Shown piece after piece: positions 20,349 through 30,223 of a DNA stretch of 64,000 nucleotides. The notes beneath the pieces were generated by a model. That model searched no databases. It was not told where the DNA came from and worked only from the letters and a program-made list of their open reading frames with translations. Numbering within the stretch: the stretch's first letter is position 1; every line of letters starts with the position of its first letter. Location: the NCBI GenBank assembly GCA_963663275.1, contig OY760183.1, forward strand, positions 32,001 to 96,000, in the 5' to 3' direction. The position numbers were made by a program, and so were the translations under genes. The DNA comes from Chloroflexota bacterium. Lineage in GTDB: Bacteria; Chloroflexota; UBA11872; VXOZ01.

Positions 20349-20419
20349 CCCTTTACGCTTGATATTAACGAATTATCAAAACGGAACGCGCGCGGGTGGC
20401 GCGCGGAGGAGAAGGGTCT

Positions 20420-20689
20420 ATGGCAAAGGCGGCGTTGGCGGAGAAGCGGCAGGACGACGGCGGCATATTGCGGTCGCTCTTTCCCGCGGACGAGCGGTCG
20501 CGGCCGTGCCCGCGCTGCGGCGAGGAGGCGCCCCAGACGCGGGATCGGGTCGTCGAACGCATCGTGGAGCATCCCCGCGTCATCGTGCGCGGCACCCAAT
20601 TCTGGCGCTGCCCCCGGTGCAACGCCATCAGCGGCCAGGAGTCCCGGGACTACGTGGAGCCAATTGAGTACATCACCGGCCAGTCGTAG
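20420..20689 (+). CDS. Small zinc-ribbon protein (YgiT/MqsA-like CxxC..CxxC)
   Basis: Two CPRC motifs; GGAGGAG RBS. Confidence 0.6.
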   Translation: MAKAALAEKRQDDGGILRSLFPADERSRPCPRCGEEAPQTRDRVVERIVEHPRVIVRGTQFWRCPRCNAISGQESRDYVEPIEYITGQS

Positions 20690-20874
20690 CGGCGGCGCGC
20701 GGGCAATCAACCGCGTTCCGGCGCGGGCTAGCCAAATGCGCGCAAAGAGTGCATGATAGTATATTGAAAAGGGGTACACCGCAGCATCGATGCTGCCGGG
20801 CGGCTGAACGTCAATGTCCAGTGGCTTGCCGGGCGGACGGCTTCCCCGGAGACGCAGCAGAGGGAGAGAGCAAC

Positions 20875-21537
20875 GTGGCGCGCACGAACGTCGAGATCCA
20901 GCTAGAAGAAATCCAGGATGGCGTCCTTGCGCTGGCGAGCATGGTGGAGAAGGCCATTGCGCACGCCATCGACGCCCTGCGGGAACGCGACCTGGAGGCG
21001 TCGCAAGCCGTGGTAGCCTTCGACGACGTGATCGACGAGAAGCGCTTCGTCATCGAGGAACGCTGCGTAGACCTGCTCGCCACCCAGCAGCCCGCTGCCC
21101 GCGACCTGCGCTGGGTGGTGGCGCTGCTCCACATCGCGGTCGAGTTGGAACGCATGGGCGACTATGCGGAAGGCATCGGCAAGATCAGCCTCATGATGGG
21201 CGACGAGCCGCCGCTCAAGCCGCTGATCGACATCCCGCGCATGGCGGACATGTCCATCAGCATGCTCCATCGCAGCATCGACGCCCTCGTCACCCGCGAC
21301 GTAGAACTGGCCCGGGAGGTGTGCGCCGACGACGATGAGGTGGACGCGCTCCACGAACAAATCTACCACGAGTTGCTGCTCTACATGATCCGAGATCCCC
21401 GCAGCATCCAACGGGCCACTTACTTGCTCTGGGTGACCCACGACCTGGAGCGCACCGCCGACCGCGCCACCAACATCGCCGAGCGCGTGATCTACCTGGT
21501 AACCGGCAAGATGCTGGACCTGAACCTCTCGAAATAG
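20875..21537 (+). CDS. phoU: Phosphate signalling complex protein PhoU
   Basis: ATQQPAARDLR, ELERMGDYA, DDEVD, LERTADRATNIAERVIY. Confidence 0.95.
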   Translation: MARTNVEIQLEEIQDGVLALASMVEKAIAHAIDALRERDLEASQAVVAFDDVIDEKRFVIEERCVDLLATQQPAARDLRWVVALLHIAVELERMGDYAEGIGKISLMMGDEPPLKPLIDIPRMADMSISMLHRSIDALVTRDVELAREVCADDDEVDALHEQIYHELLLYMIRDPRSIQRATYLLWVTHDLERTADRATNIAERVIYLVTGKMLDLNLSK

Positions 21538-21732
21538 GTCAGTTGACTACCATTGGAATCGGAAACAACCTCTCTGCGGTCTGGCTCAATCGCTTGGATA
21601 CATCCAATGGTGCCAACTCACCACGCCAATTCACTGGAAAGGGCATCAACGGCAAGAGTTCAAATTGGAACTGAAGGGCAAGTTCTTCCCATTCTTGCAC
21701 CATGTGACTCTTTCGAGTTGTAACGGTCGCAG

Positions 21733-22197
21733 TCACGACTCAAAACTTGCAAGAATACTGATTACTTCCTCCCTGAATTCTCGGCGGTAGACGCTCAACC
21801 TATCTAAGCGATCAAGCCTATCGGAGAATTCACTTCTCCATTCGGATTCAATCGTGACAGTTGACTTAATGGGATGCGGCGTGTCATCTTCCCCTTCCTT
21901 GTTCTCTGTTCGGATATTCATGTCAACCGAACTCTGGCCCGAATTACTGCTAGATTGCAGACTCATTACCCATGAATTCTTGAAGATCTTGAGTAAAGCC
22001 TCCCCAAGGTCCCAGTTCGTTCGAATCCACAACAATGCACAGACTCGAACCATCCACCTGTGCTTCAGCAGCCAAATTGATAACGTATAGATTGTGAGTT
22101 TTCCAAAGAACCAAACCCAGCGAGCGAAGACCAGCAGGACGAACGATGTGAACACTGAGAGTTCGCCCACTTTCCAATCCAAGAACGAAAAATCCAC
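21733..22197 (-). CDS. Hypothetical membrane protein in a low-GC islet
   Basis: AGGAGG RBS before GTG; hydrophobic N-terminus; AT-richer than the flanks. Confidence 0.45.
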   Translation of the reverse strand: MDFSFLDWKVGELSVFTSFVLLVFARWVWFFGKLTIYTLSIWLLKHRWMVRVCALLWIRTNWDLGEALLKIFKNSWVMSLQSSSNSGQSSVDMNIRTENKEGEDDTPHPIKSTVTIESEWRSEFSDRLDRLDRLSVYRREFREEVISILASFES

Positions 22198-22307
22198 TAT
22201 TCTCCTCCTGTTGCAATGGGGCCACTACTTATAGTTTGCATAGACACTTAAGATTATAGGGGCTCAAGTAAAGAGACGGAAAGCCACACATAGCAAGGAG
22301 ACTTCAC

Positions 22308-22703
22308 TTGAAGCGCGTGCTCTTCGTCTGCGTGCACAACGCCGGGCGCAGCCAGATGGCGGAGGCGTTTCTCCGAGACCTGGCCGGCGGCAAGGCCGAG
22401 GCGCGCTCGGCGGGGATGGCGCCCGGCGAGCGCGTGAATCCTATTGCCGCGCAGGTCATGGCCGAGCGCGGCGTCAGCCTGGCCGCGCACACGCCCAAAC
22501 TGCTGACGCAGGACCTGGCGGACTGGGCGGATAGGATCATCACCATGGGCTGCGCCATCGACGAGTACTGCCCGGCGGCCTTGCCGGACGTGGAGGATTG
22601 GGGCCTCCCCGATCCCAGCGGGCAGCCTATCGCCGCGGTGCGCGGCATCCGCGACCAGATCGAGGAGAAAGTCCGCTCGCTGCTCCGCGAAACGGATGCG
22701 TGA
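22308..22703 (+). CDS. arsC: Arsenate reductase (LMW-PTP family)
   Basis: VLFVCVHNAGRSQMAE, ITMGC, CP, DWGLPDP; AAGGAG RBS before TTG. Confidence 0.88.
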   Translation: MKRVLFVCVHNAGRSQMAEAFLRDLAGGKAEARSAGMAPGERVNPIAAQVMAERGVSLAAHTPKLLTQDLADWADRIITMGCAIDEYCPAALPDVEDWGLPDPSGQPIAAVRGIRDQIEEKVRSLLRETDA

Positions 22704-22725
22704 GGCCCCTGCCGCGCCGCGCCTG

Positions 22726-23451
22726 TCAGCTTGCCGACCGCCGCGTCTGCTCCGCCAGGTAGTCCGAAACCACGCTGCTGATCTGCTTGTGGATCTTCTT
22801 CGGGCTGGGCGTAGCGTCGATCATGTGGAAGCCGTATTCCCTGCCCAGCCGGTGGAAGTGCTTGCGCAGCGAGGCCTGGTACTTCAGGAAACTCTCGAAC
22901 ATGCTGCTGCCCATGGGCAGATCCATGCCGGATTCCCAGTAGTTCAGTTCGCCGTACTTTGTCAGGGTGCGGTGGAAGAGCACCTCCGGCTCGGCGTCCA
23001 GGAAGACGATCAGGTCCGGCTCCAGCGCGATGCCGAAGAGGCGTTTCAGCCACTTCAGGTCGGCCCCGCGCGCCAGGTCCCGCGCCATCAGCGTGTAGAT
23101 GTAGCGGTCCGCCAGCACCACGAAACCGGCCTGCATCGCCGGCACGAGCCGGTTCTCCAACTGGTCGGCAAGGTCGGTGGCGTAGAGCAGGCTCAGCGTG
23201 GTCTTGCCCAGCAGGTTGCCCCGCTTGGCCGCGGAGATCGCCTTGGCCATCAGGGCCGAACGGCGGATGCCCATCTCCAGCACGGCGTGCCCGCCCGCTT
23301 CCAGCGATTCCTTGAGCATCTGCGTCTGGGTGGAACGCCCGGAACAGTCCGAGCCTTCGATGACGATCAACGGCCCGGTGGGCTCCAGGTCGTCCAGGTA
23401 CGGCAGGCCGCAGCCATAGAAGCGCGCCCGCACCGGCAACATGGATGACAC
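22726..23451 (-). CDS. Thymidylate-kinase-like protein with degenerate P-loop (putative PPK3-type partner subunit); alternative start 23496
   Basis: LIVIEGSDCSGRST (Lys replaced by Arg), LADRYIYT, WESGMDL. Confidence 0.75.
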   Translation of the reverse strand: MSSMLPVRARFYGCGLPYLDDLEPTGPLIVIEGSDCSGRSTQTQMLKESLEAGGHAVLEMGIRRSALMAKAISAAKRGNLLGKTTLSLLYATDLADQLENRLVPAMQAGFVVLADRYIYTLMARDLARGADLKWLKRLFGIALEPDLIVFLDAEPEVLFHRTLTKYGELNYWESGMDLPMGSSMFESFLKYQASLRKHFHRLGREYGFHMIDATPSPKKIHKQISSVVSDYLAEQTRRSAS

Positions 23452-23565
23452 TCGCTCTTCTCCCTTGTCGGAATTGTCAACGTTCTCTATTTCCACATTT
23501 CCACCGGGAATGGCCCGGAGCCCGCCCCGCGCCCCCGGTAGCGCAGGTTTGTAACCTGCGCCGGG

Positions 23566-24291
23566 CTAGGCAACCACTTCCTGGGAGAGCAGGGGCTGTC
23601 TGGACGGCGGCTCGTAGTCCTCCAGCTTGTCCAGTACAACCTTTTGCACTTCCTCCCACGTCTCGTGGATCGTGCGCGTGGCGTCGATAACCACGAACTG
23701 CTCGCTGCGCGCCATCTGATCGTACTGCTCCTTGATCCTCCCTTGAAACAGCTTGAAGCTTTCCACCGGATCCAGGGAGAGGCCGGTATCCATGCCGGCC
23801 TCGTAGTACTTCAACGACGGGCGGCCAAACAAAATGCGCGAGATCGACACCTCCAACGGCGCGTGGAAGTAGAACGCGATGGTGGGTCGCACGGCAAAAC
23901 GATAGGTGTTGCGCACCCACTGGAGGTCGCAGCCCCGCGCCACGTCCCGCGCGTAGGCGGTGTAGACGTAGCGGTCGGCCAGCACGATGCAGCCGGCGTG
24001 AAGCGGCGGCAGAATGACCTTCTCGTAGCGATCGGCAAAATCGCAGGCGTGGATGAGGCTGAACGTGGTCGGCGTGAGCAACTCCTTGCGTTTCGCCCGC
24101 CGCGTCGCCTGCTTGACGATGGCCGACGAGTTCCACTCGGTATAGACCACCGGATACCCCTGCGACTGCAACCAGACGCGCAACAGGTGGAGTTGCGTGC
24201 TCTTGCCGGAACCGTCGCAACCCTCCACCACGATGAGGCGGCCGGGGTACTTCTTATTCATGCCCAGGCCGCGAATCTTCTTCAGAGCCAC
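23566..24291 (-). CDS. Thymidylate-kinase-like protein with intact P-loop (putative PPK3-type catalytic subunit); alternative start 24261
   Basis: LIVVEGCDGSGKSTQ, TEWNSS, FADRYE, LADRYVYT, YYEAGMD. Confidence 0.8.
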   Translation of the reverse strand: MALKKIRGLGMNKKYPGRLIVVEGCDGSGKSTQLHLLRVWLQSQGYPVVYTEWNSSAIVKQATRRAKRKELLTPTTFSLIHACDFADRYEKVILPPLHAGCIVLADRYVYTAYARDVARGCDLQWVRNTYRFAVRPTIAFYFHAPLEVSISRILFGRPSLKYYEAGMDTGLSLDPVESFKLFQGRIKEQYDQMARSEQFVVIDATRTIHETWEEVQKVVLDKLEDYEPPSRQPLLSQEVVA

Positions 24292-24400
24292 GTGCGGTTT
24301 CCCCCTTTCGTGCCCCCGCTTACCGTTCTCGCGAACGCTTCGAGCCGCGCGCCCGCTTGCGGCGAAGATGCCGGGCGGCCGGATGCGTCCCTCGCTCACT

Positions 24401-26080
24401 CTACCAGAGCGAATCGGCCTGATTCCCTCTCTCGCGTTCGCGCAGGCCGTCGAGATTAAAGTGTACACCAAATGCCGCTGCAATGTCAGTAAGCGTTGCC
24501 TGCGTCTCGCGGAATTCGCACACCGCGTCGGGATCCGCGGCCAGGCGCAGCGTTACCCGGCGGCCTTTGCCCGCAATTTCGCACCGCACCGCCTCTACCA
24601 GCCGCGACTCGCTGCGGTCCAGCGCCTCGCTCAGTTGCAGAATCGCGCCCAACCGGGTCACGGCCTCCGCGTCGCCCTTCGCCAGCAGGGCGCGGTACGC
24701 CGGCCGGCGCTTCAATTGCACGCCGTTGCCGTTGTGCGCGGCCACCAGGCTGGCGACGATGAGCAACTCCCGGTGAGTGAGGCCGTCGATGCCCGCGCGC
24801 GTGAGCAGATAGAAGCCGTGCTCGTCGTGATTGTAGTAATTCACGGCCACGCCCACGTCGTGGAGCAGCGCCGCGATGCGCAGCAGTTTGCGCGCCCCGG
24901 CGTCCAGCCCGTGGAGCGGCGCGAGTTGATCGAAGAGCGAGAGCGCCAATGCCGCCACGTGGCCCGCGTGGGCTTCGTCCACGTTGTAGTAGCGCATGAG
25001 GTTGGTGGCGCCGAAGAGCGCCGGATCCGGCACGCGCGGGTCGGCGCGTTCACCGCCCAGCACGTGATTGAGAAACAGCCCCTCGCGCAATCCCCGGCCG
25101 CTGATGGCCAGCGCACCGGCGCCGGTCGCCCGCGCCAGGCCGCACACCACCGCCGCGCCCGCCACGATGATGTCCGCCCGCTTGGTGGAAAGCCCGGGCA
25201 GTTTGCGCCGCTCCTCCAGGTTGAGCTTGCGCAGCATGGCGTAGATCTCTTCCACCGCGTCGATCGGGAGGATCATGCCGTGGAGGAGTTGGAGCGGATA
25301 ACCGGCCCGCCGCCGGTAGATCTTCGCCAGATTGCGCACCGTGCCGCCAATACCGATCAAGAGCGGCGTGCCGTTCTGTCCGAGCGCGTCCTGGAGTCCC
25401 GGCGCGGTCGCGGGGTTGGCGGCAATCGCGCGGGCCGCGCCTCCGGCGGCGTCGTGCTCCGCGCCGGCATCACCGTTCTCGCTTCCATCGAGCCAGGCAA
25501 GTGTCCGCAGACTGGCCCGGATGTGTTTCTCGAGCGTGCGAATCTGCTTGTTCGTCGCCCGATCGCGGTCCAGGAACGCGCCGGTGAGGGTGATCGCGCC
25601 CAAGGGCAGGCTGGCCAGGTGCGTGGCCACGCGCCGGCGCGTGCGCACGACCTGTATGCTGCCGCCGCCAATGTCCACGGCCACGCCATTGGCCGCCGCG
25701 GAACTATTGACCGCCGCCACGTAGTCGTAGTAGGCTTCCTGCTTGCCGGAGATGATGCGGACGGGCAGGCCGGTCTCGGCCTTGATGCGGGCCACGATTT
25801 CCGGCCCGTTGCGGGCGCGGCGCAGGGCGCTGGTGGCAACCCCGATCACGTGCGTCACCCGGTGCGACTCGCAGAAGCGCGCCAGCACCCGGCAGATTTC
25901 CAGCGTGCGCTGGACAGCTTCCGCCGTCAGGCAGCCCTCCGCGTCCAGTTGCTCGCCCAGCCGCAGCGTCTCGCGCAGTTCGTCCACCAGCTTGAACGCC
26001 CGGTCTTCATACACCTCCAGCAGCGCCAGGCGCGCTGAATTGGAGCCAATGTCGATGACGGCAACCCGTTCTCCGGCCAT
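24401..26080 (-). CDS. ppx: Ppx/GppA exopolyphosphatase with C-terminal HD domain
   Basis: IDIGSNS, ATSALR, SGKQEA, DIGGGS, GIGGT, GLREG, LLHDVG. Confidence 0.92.
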   Translation of the reverse strand: MAGERVAVIDIGSNSARLALLEVYEDRAFKLVDELRETLRLGEQLDAEGCLTAEAVQRTLEICRVLARFCESHRVTHVIGVATSALRRARNGPEIVARIKAETGLPVRIISGKQEAYYDYVAAVNSSAAANGVAVDIGGGSIQVVRTRRRVATHLASLPLGAITLTGAFLDRDRATNKQIRTLEKHIRASLRTLAWLDGSENGDAGAEHDAAGGAARAIAANPATAPGLQDALGQNGTPLLIGIGGTVRNLAKIYRRRAGYPLQLLHGMILPIDAVEEIYAMLRKLNLEERRKLPGLSTKRADIIVAGAAVVCGLARATGAGALAISGRGLREGLFLNHVLGGERADPRVPDPALFGATNLMRYYNVDEAHAGHVAALALSLFDQLAPLHGLDAGARKLLRIAALLHDVGVAVNYYNHDEHGFYLLTRAGIDGLTHRELLIVASLVAAHNGNGVQLKRRPAYRALLAKGDAEAVTRLGAILQLSEALDRSESRLVEAVRCEIAGKGRRVTLRLAADPDAVCEFRETQATLTDIAAAFGVHFNLDGLRERERGNQADSLW

Positions 26081-26307
26081 GCCTGCTCCTCGTCGTTCGG
26101 TCTCATCCCCTAATGTTGTCGCATTTACCTAATGAGAATAAAACTACGCTCGTTTCTCCGGTAGCGCAGGTTCGCACGGGAGGTGCGCGCAACCTGCGTC
26201 TTCCGTAGGGTCAGTCCATTCCACTCCCATTTTCCTTGTTCCGGCGGGGGACAAGCCCCCGCGCTACGTTAACGCGACAGCATTGGTGTCTTCTCCTGGC
26301 GCGGGTT

Positions 26308-27495
26308 TCACGGCGCGGCGGCCATGATCTCGCGCAGGCACTCGCGGAACTCGTCTCCGGTGAGACGCTCCCACAGCGCCGGAAACGTCTGGGCGTTCGT
26401 CCGCACCCGGTCGTCGCAGTGCGCCAGGTAGCCGCAGAGCGCCTCCCGCGCCGCAAGCGGGTAACGCGCGTCGTCCCCGGCGCGCTGCCACTTCTGCAGC
26501 AGTTTGCGCAGGGATTCACCGGCCACGTACGCGTCGTTCAGGTCGCCCAGGTGGTCTTGGGCCCGCTTGACGTCCTCGATTGCCGCTGCCGCCGGCGCGC
26601 TCAGGATTTCGCGCAGAAATTCCAGCGCGTAGCGCAGGCGCTTGCAGTCGATGCGCAGGTCGTGCAGCGTCTCGATGGAAGCGCCGTGCAGCGACGGGCC
26701 GTAGGCGAGCAGCCTCTCATAGCGGGCGGCCAGCAGGCGCGGCGCCGCCTCGGTTACCGCCGGCAGCGAGGGCGGAGCGGCTGCCGGCGCGTCCGCGACT
26801 TCCAGGCAGGCGGCTATCTTGCGCTTGGACACGCGGTAGCGTTTGCTTGCCAGATAGCGCAGCATCGCCTTGCGGGCCCGGGCGCGCCGCTTCCGCCAGC
26901 GCCGGGTGAGCGGGTCGAACGCCTCCTGAGTGCGCCCCGGCGCTGCCGCGCGGTACGCCTCCAGGTTCGCCAGCATCACGTCGCAGTCGCGCGCGGGGCC
27001 CAGGGCGCGCCCGATACGGCGCAGGTCCTTGCGCAGCCAGGCGGCCTGCTTCCTGGGCAGTGCGGGACGGAACAACTCCACCGCCGCGCGCATGCGGCGC
27101 ACGGCCACGCGCATGTCGTGCAGTTCCTCGATGTCGCTGCCGTCAATCGTCCCGGCTTCGCGCTTCACCATGCGGCCAAAGTGGAAGCGCAGCGTCTTGC
27201 GCGCCGCCTCCCGCGCCGTATCACCCCGCTCGAGGCCGGGACGATTCGACTTCTTCGACGCAGTCGGCGGCTTCGACCCAGTCGGCGTTCCCGATGCAGT
27301 CGGCGGCTGCGGTGAAATCGGTTGTCGGTTCGGCTTGGATGTCGGTGTAACGGCTCTTCTCTCAATTTCAAGTAAACGCGCGGGTGCGAAAAGAGACGCG
27401 GCGTTCCACGCGCTCCGCCGCTCCGCTAGCACAGGCGGCAAACCGGCGTTCACCAGGCGTCCAAGTGCAACCAAGCAATCCCTCGACCGTCCCAA
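26308..27495 (-). CDS. CHAD-domain (polyphosphate-binding) protein; start uncertain
   Basis: LHDMRVAVRRMR, LGPARDCDV, LHDLRIDCKRLRY, QDHLGDLND. Confidence 0.88.
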   Translation of the reverse strand: MGRSRDCLVALGRLVNAGLPPVLAERRSAWNAASLFAPARLLEIERRAVTPTSKPNRQPISPQPPTASGTPTGSKPPTASKKSNRPGLERGDTAREAARKTLRFHFGRMVKREAGTIDGSDIEELHDMRVAVRRMRAAVELFRPALPRKQAAWLRKDLRRIGRALGPARDCDVMLANLEAYRAAAPGRTQEAFDPLTRRWRKRRARARKAMLRYLASKRYRVSKRKIAACLEVADAPAAAPPSLPAVTEAAPRLLAARYERLLAYGPSLHGASIETLHDLRIDCKRLRYALEFLREILSAPAAAAIEDVKRAQDHLGDLNDAYVAGESLRKLLQKWQRAGDDARYPLAAREALCGYLAHCDDRVRTNAQTFPALWERLTGDEFRECLREIMAAAP

Positions 27496-27784
27496 TGGCG
27501 GATCCGGCCCGCGTACAGCCTTAAGCTACCAAGATCAGCGTGAGATTGCCAGAAATCTCGTGCCTCATGCGGCGCGTCTTCTTCCGCTGCGGCATTGCGC
27601 GCACGTCCCGCTGAGACGCACGGCCGGAGTCCGGTGACCGGCCTCGCGCTTTGCTTTGCGGTGGCGCTGGCGCATAGCAGGTGCTACGCTCCAGGGTAGT
27701 GGTGTCCTCTCGCGTGGGCTTTGCCTCGGGTCGGGCCATCGTGTGTGCGATTTCCAAACGCACCGTGACACGGGAGCAGGCGTC

Positions 27785-29743
27785 TTGACCCGAGAGCAGC
27801 GGCTGAGTTTCATAGGCATTAGTCTGGCGCTCTTCCTGGGGGCGCTGGATCAAACGATCGTGACCACGGCGCTGCCGCGCATCACGGAAGAGCTTGGCGG
27901 GCTGAACTACTACGCCTGGGTGGTAACGGCCTACCTGCTGGCATCGGTGCTGGGTCTGCCGCTCTTCGGGCGTCTGGTCGAACTCTTCCCGGCCAAATGG
28001 ATGCTGCTTGGCGCCGTGAGCGTCTTTCTGGCCGGCTCGGTGCTCTCCGGCTTGGCGCCGGGCATCGAGGCGCTGATTGCCTTTCGGGCGCTGCAGGGCT
28101 TTGGCGGGGGCGGCATCTTCGCCCTGTCGTTCACGTTGATCGGCCTGCTCTTTCCACCCCGCCAGCGGGGGCGCATGCAAGGCATGTTGGGCGGCGTGTT
28201 CGGCGTCTCCAGCGTGGCGGGGCCGTGGCTCGGCGGCCTCCTGACCGACCTGCTCTCCTGGCGCTGGATCTTCTACATCAACCTGCCGGTGGGTGTGATC
28301 GCCGTCGTCTTTCTCGTGGGCTTCATGCCCCGGCTGCAATCCGAGCAACGCGGCCGCCTCGACCTGCTCGGTGTGGCCATGCTCGCGCTCTGGGTAGTGC
28401 CGCTGGTGACCGCGCTCTCTTTGGGCGGCTCCGCCTACCCCTGGCTCTCTCCTCAGATTCTGGGCTTGGCCGCCATCGCGCTTGCGGGGCTGCTCGCATT
28501 CATCTGGTGGCAGCGGCGCAGTGTCGAGCCGCTGATCGAACTAAAGCTCTTCCAAATCAAGGTCTTTCGCTGGGCGGTGGTGGGCAGTTTCTTCTTTGGC
28601 GGCGCGTTCTTTGGCTCCCTGGTCTTTCTGCCGCTCTATCTCGTGAACGTGAAGGGCTTTTCGGCGACGAACTCCGGCCTTTCCATCATGCCGCTGGTCA
28701 TGGGCGTGGTGGCGGGCAGTACGCTGGGCGGCCAGTTGGCCAGCCGCATCGGCCGCTACAAGCTGCCGCTGGTTGCTTCCCTGTGCGTCGGCGTCATCGC
28801 CATTGCCGCCTTTGCCGTCAACCTGCGCGTCGCTACGCCGCTGTGGCAGGTGCTCCCGCTGATGGTGGTGATCGGCCTCAGCCTGGGGCCGTCGCTGCCG
28901 CTCTACACCCTCGCCGTCCAGAACGCCGTGCCCCGTTCCCGCCTGGGCGCCGCCACCAGCACGCTGCAATTCGTGCGCCAGGTGGGGTCTACGGCGGTCG
29001 TGGCGTTGCTGGGCACCGTGCTCGTCGCCACCGTCTCCGCCACCGCCGCGGCGCAAGCGCCGGCGGAGATGCGCGCGCACGTGGCGGGGCTGGGAGCGGC
29101 AGACGTGAACAGTGTCGGCAACCTCGCTACCGCGGTTGAGGCGCGGTTTGCCGTGCTCGAACAGCAGGCAGCGGCGGCGCTGCACGGCGATGAAAGCGCG
29201 CGCCGGGCGCTGCTGGCAGACCCGGCGCTGCCGCCGGCGCTCGCGCCACGCCTGGAATCCGGCAGCGTCCGTGAGCAGGTACGGCTGCGTTTGGCGCGGG
29301 CGCTCACGCAAGTCGAGGCGGCGCTGGCAGGTGACGCCGCCGCCCGCGACGAGGCGCTGCGGAATCCGCTTGTCCCGGAAGTGATTAAGCCGGCGCTGCA
29401 AGATCCGCCTGCCAGCGCCGCCGCGCGCGCGGAAGTCCTGCAGACGGCCCACCGGCGCATGCAGGCTCAGGAAGAGACGATCGTCAGCGATGCGCTGGCG
29501 CAGGCAGTCTCCCAGATGCAAGCGGAACTGCGCCGCCGGGCGGCCGCGGTAGCCGGCGCGCTCACCGTCGCGTTCAATACCGGCATTACCGCGGGTGTGA
29601 AGCGCGTCTACACTATCGCTACCGGTTTGATTCTCGTCAGCTTCCTGGCCGCGTTGCTGCTCCCGGACGTCGCTTTGGGAGCGGCGCCGCCCGCGCAAAG
29701 CGAGCATACCCCGGCCCCGCCTGATGGCGCCGCTGGCGAATGA
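27785..29743 (+). CDS. DHA2/EmrB-QacA-type 14-TM MFS efflux transporter with a large loop before the last TM
   Basis: LGALDQTIVTTALP, WVVTAYLL, FRALQGFGGG, WRWIFYINLP. Confidence 0.88.
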   Translation: MTREQRLSFIGISLALFLGALDQTIVTTALPRITEELGGLNYYAWVVTAYLLASVLGLPLFGRLVELFPAKWMLLGAVSVFLAGSVLSGLAPGIEALIAFRALQGFGGGGIFALSFTLIGLLFPPRQRGRMQGMLGGVFGVSSVAGPWLGGLLTDLLSWRWIFYINLPVGVIAVVFLVGFMPRLQSEQRGRLDLLGVAMLALWVVPLVTALSLGGSAYPWLSPQILGLAAIALAGLLAFIWWQRRSVEPLIELKLFQIKVFRWAVVGSFFFGGAFFGSLVFLPLYLVNVKGFSATNSGLSIMPLVMGVVAGSTLGGQLASRIGRYKLPLVASLCVGVIAIAAFAVNLRVATPLWQVLPLMVVIGLSLGPSLPLYTLAVQNAVPRSRLGAATSTLQFVRQVGSTAVVALLGTVLVATVSATAAAQAPAEMRAHVAGLGAADVNSVGNLATAVEARFAVLEQQAAAALHGDESARRALLADPALPPALAPRLESGSVREQVRLRLARALTQVEAALAGDAAARDEALRNPLVPEVIKPALQDPPASAAARAEVLQTAHRRMQAQEETIVSDALAQAVSQMQAELRRRAAAVAGALTVAFNTGITAGVKRVYTIATGLILVSFLAALLLPDVALGAAPPAQSEHTPAPPDGAAGE

Positions 29744-29883
29744 CGGCGTCGCAGAGGTACGACCGTTTCGCAGATCAGTGACCGCGTCACAGACGTATGG
29801 CTCGCCTGGCGTTGGCGGCATGTGCCTGGAATCATGACGGCGGCGCGCCGTGGATATGCTACAATTGGAAAGGCAACCGTCAA

Positions 29884-29955
29884 GCCGACGTAGCTCAGTG
29901 GTAGAGCAATGGTTTCGTAAACCATAGGCCGCCGGTTCAAATCCGGCCGTCGGCT
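29884..29955 (+). tRNA. tRNA-Thr(CGT), CCA not encoded
   Basis: Acceptor GCCGACG/CGTCGGC, anticodon arm ATGGT-TTCGTAA-ACCAT, TTCAAAT T-loop; TGcTACAAT extended -10 upstream. Confidence 0.95.
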
Positions 29956-30223
29956 CCTCCGTGTATGGATACTGCCGAGTGAAGCAGCGCATTCGCCGGG
30001 CTCGTCGCGAGGCGCTGCTTCTCTATTGGGCGCTGGCGCCGCCGCGACTGGGCGCCCGCGCCACGATTGGGTGTCTGCGCCGCGACTGGGCGTCTGCGCC
30101 ACCGCGTCAGGACGCCGGCCTTTGGGAAGCATCGTGGGAGAACACGTGAACGTGGTATCGTCCGGTACGTGGGAACGCCGCTCCCGCCGTACCCGCCTTG
30201 CGCGCCGGCGCTAGTCCAGCGCC

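Noticed and set aside
29956-30220. Integrated element at tRNA-Thr
   Set aside because: No integrase or duplicated tRNA 3' end; only short GC-rich repeats
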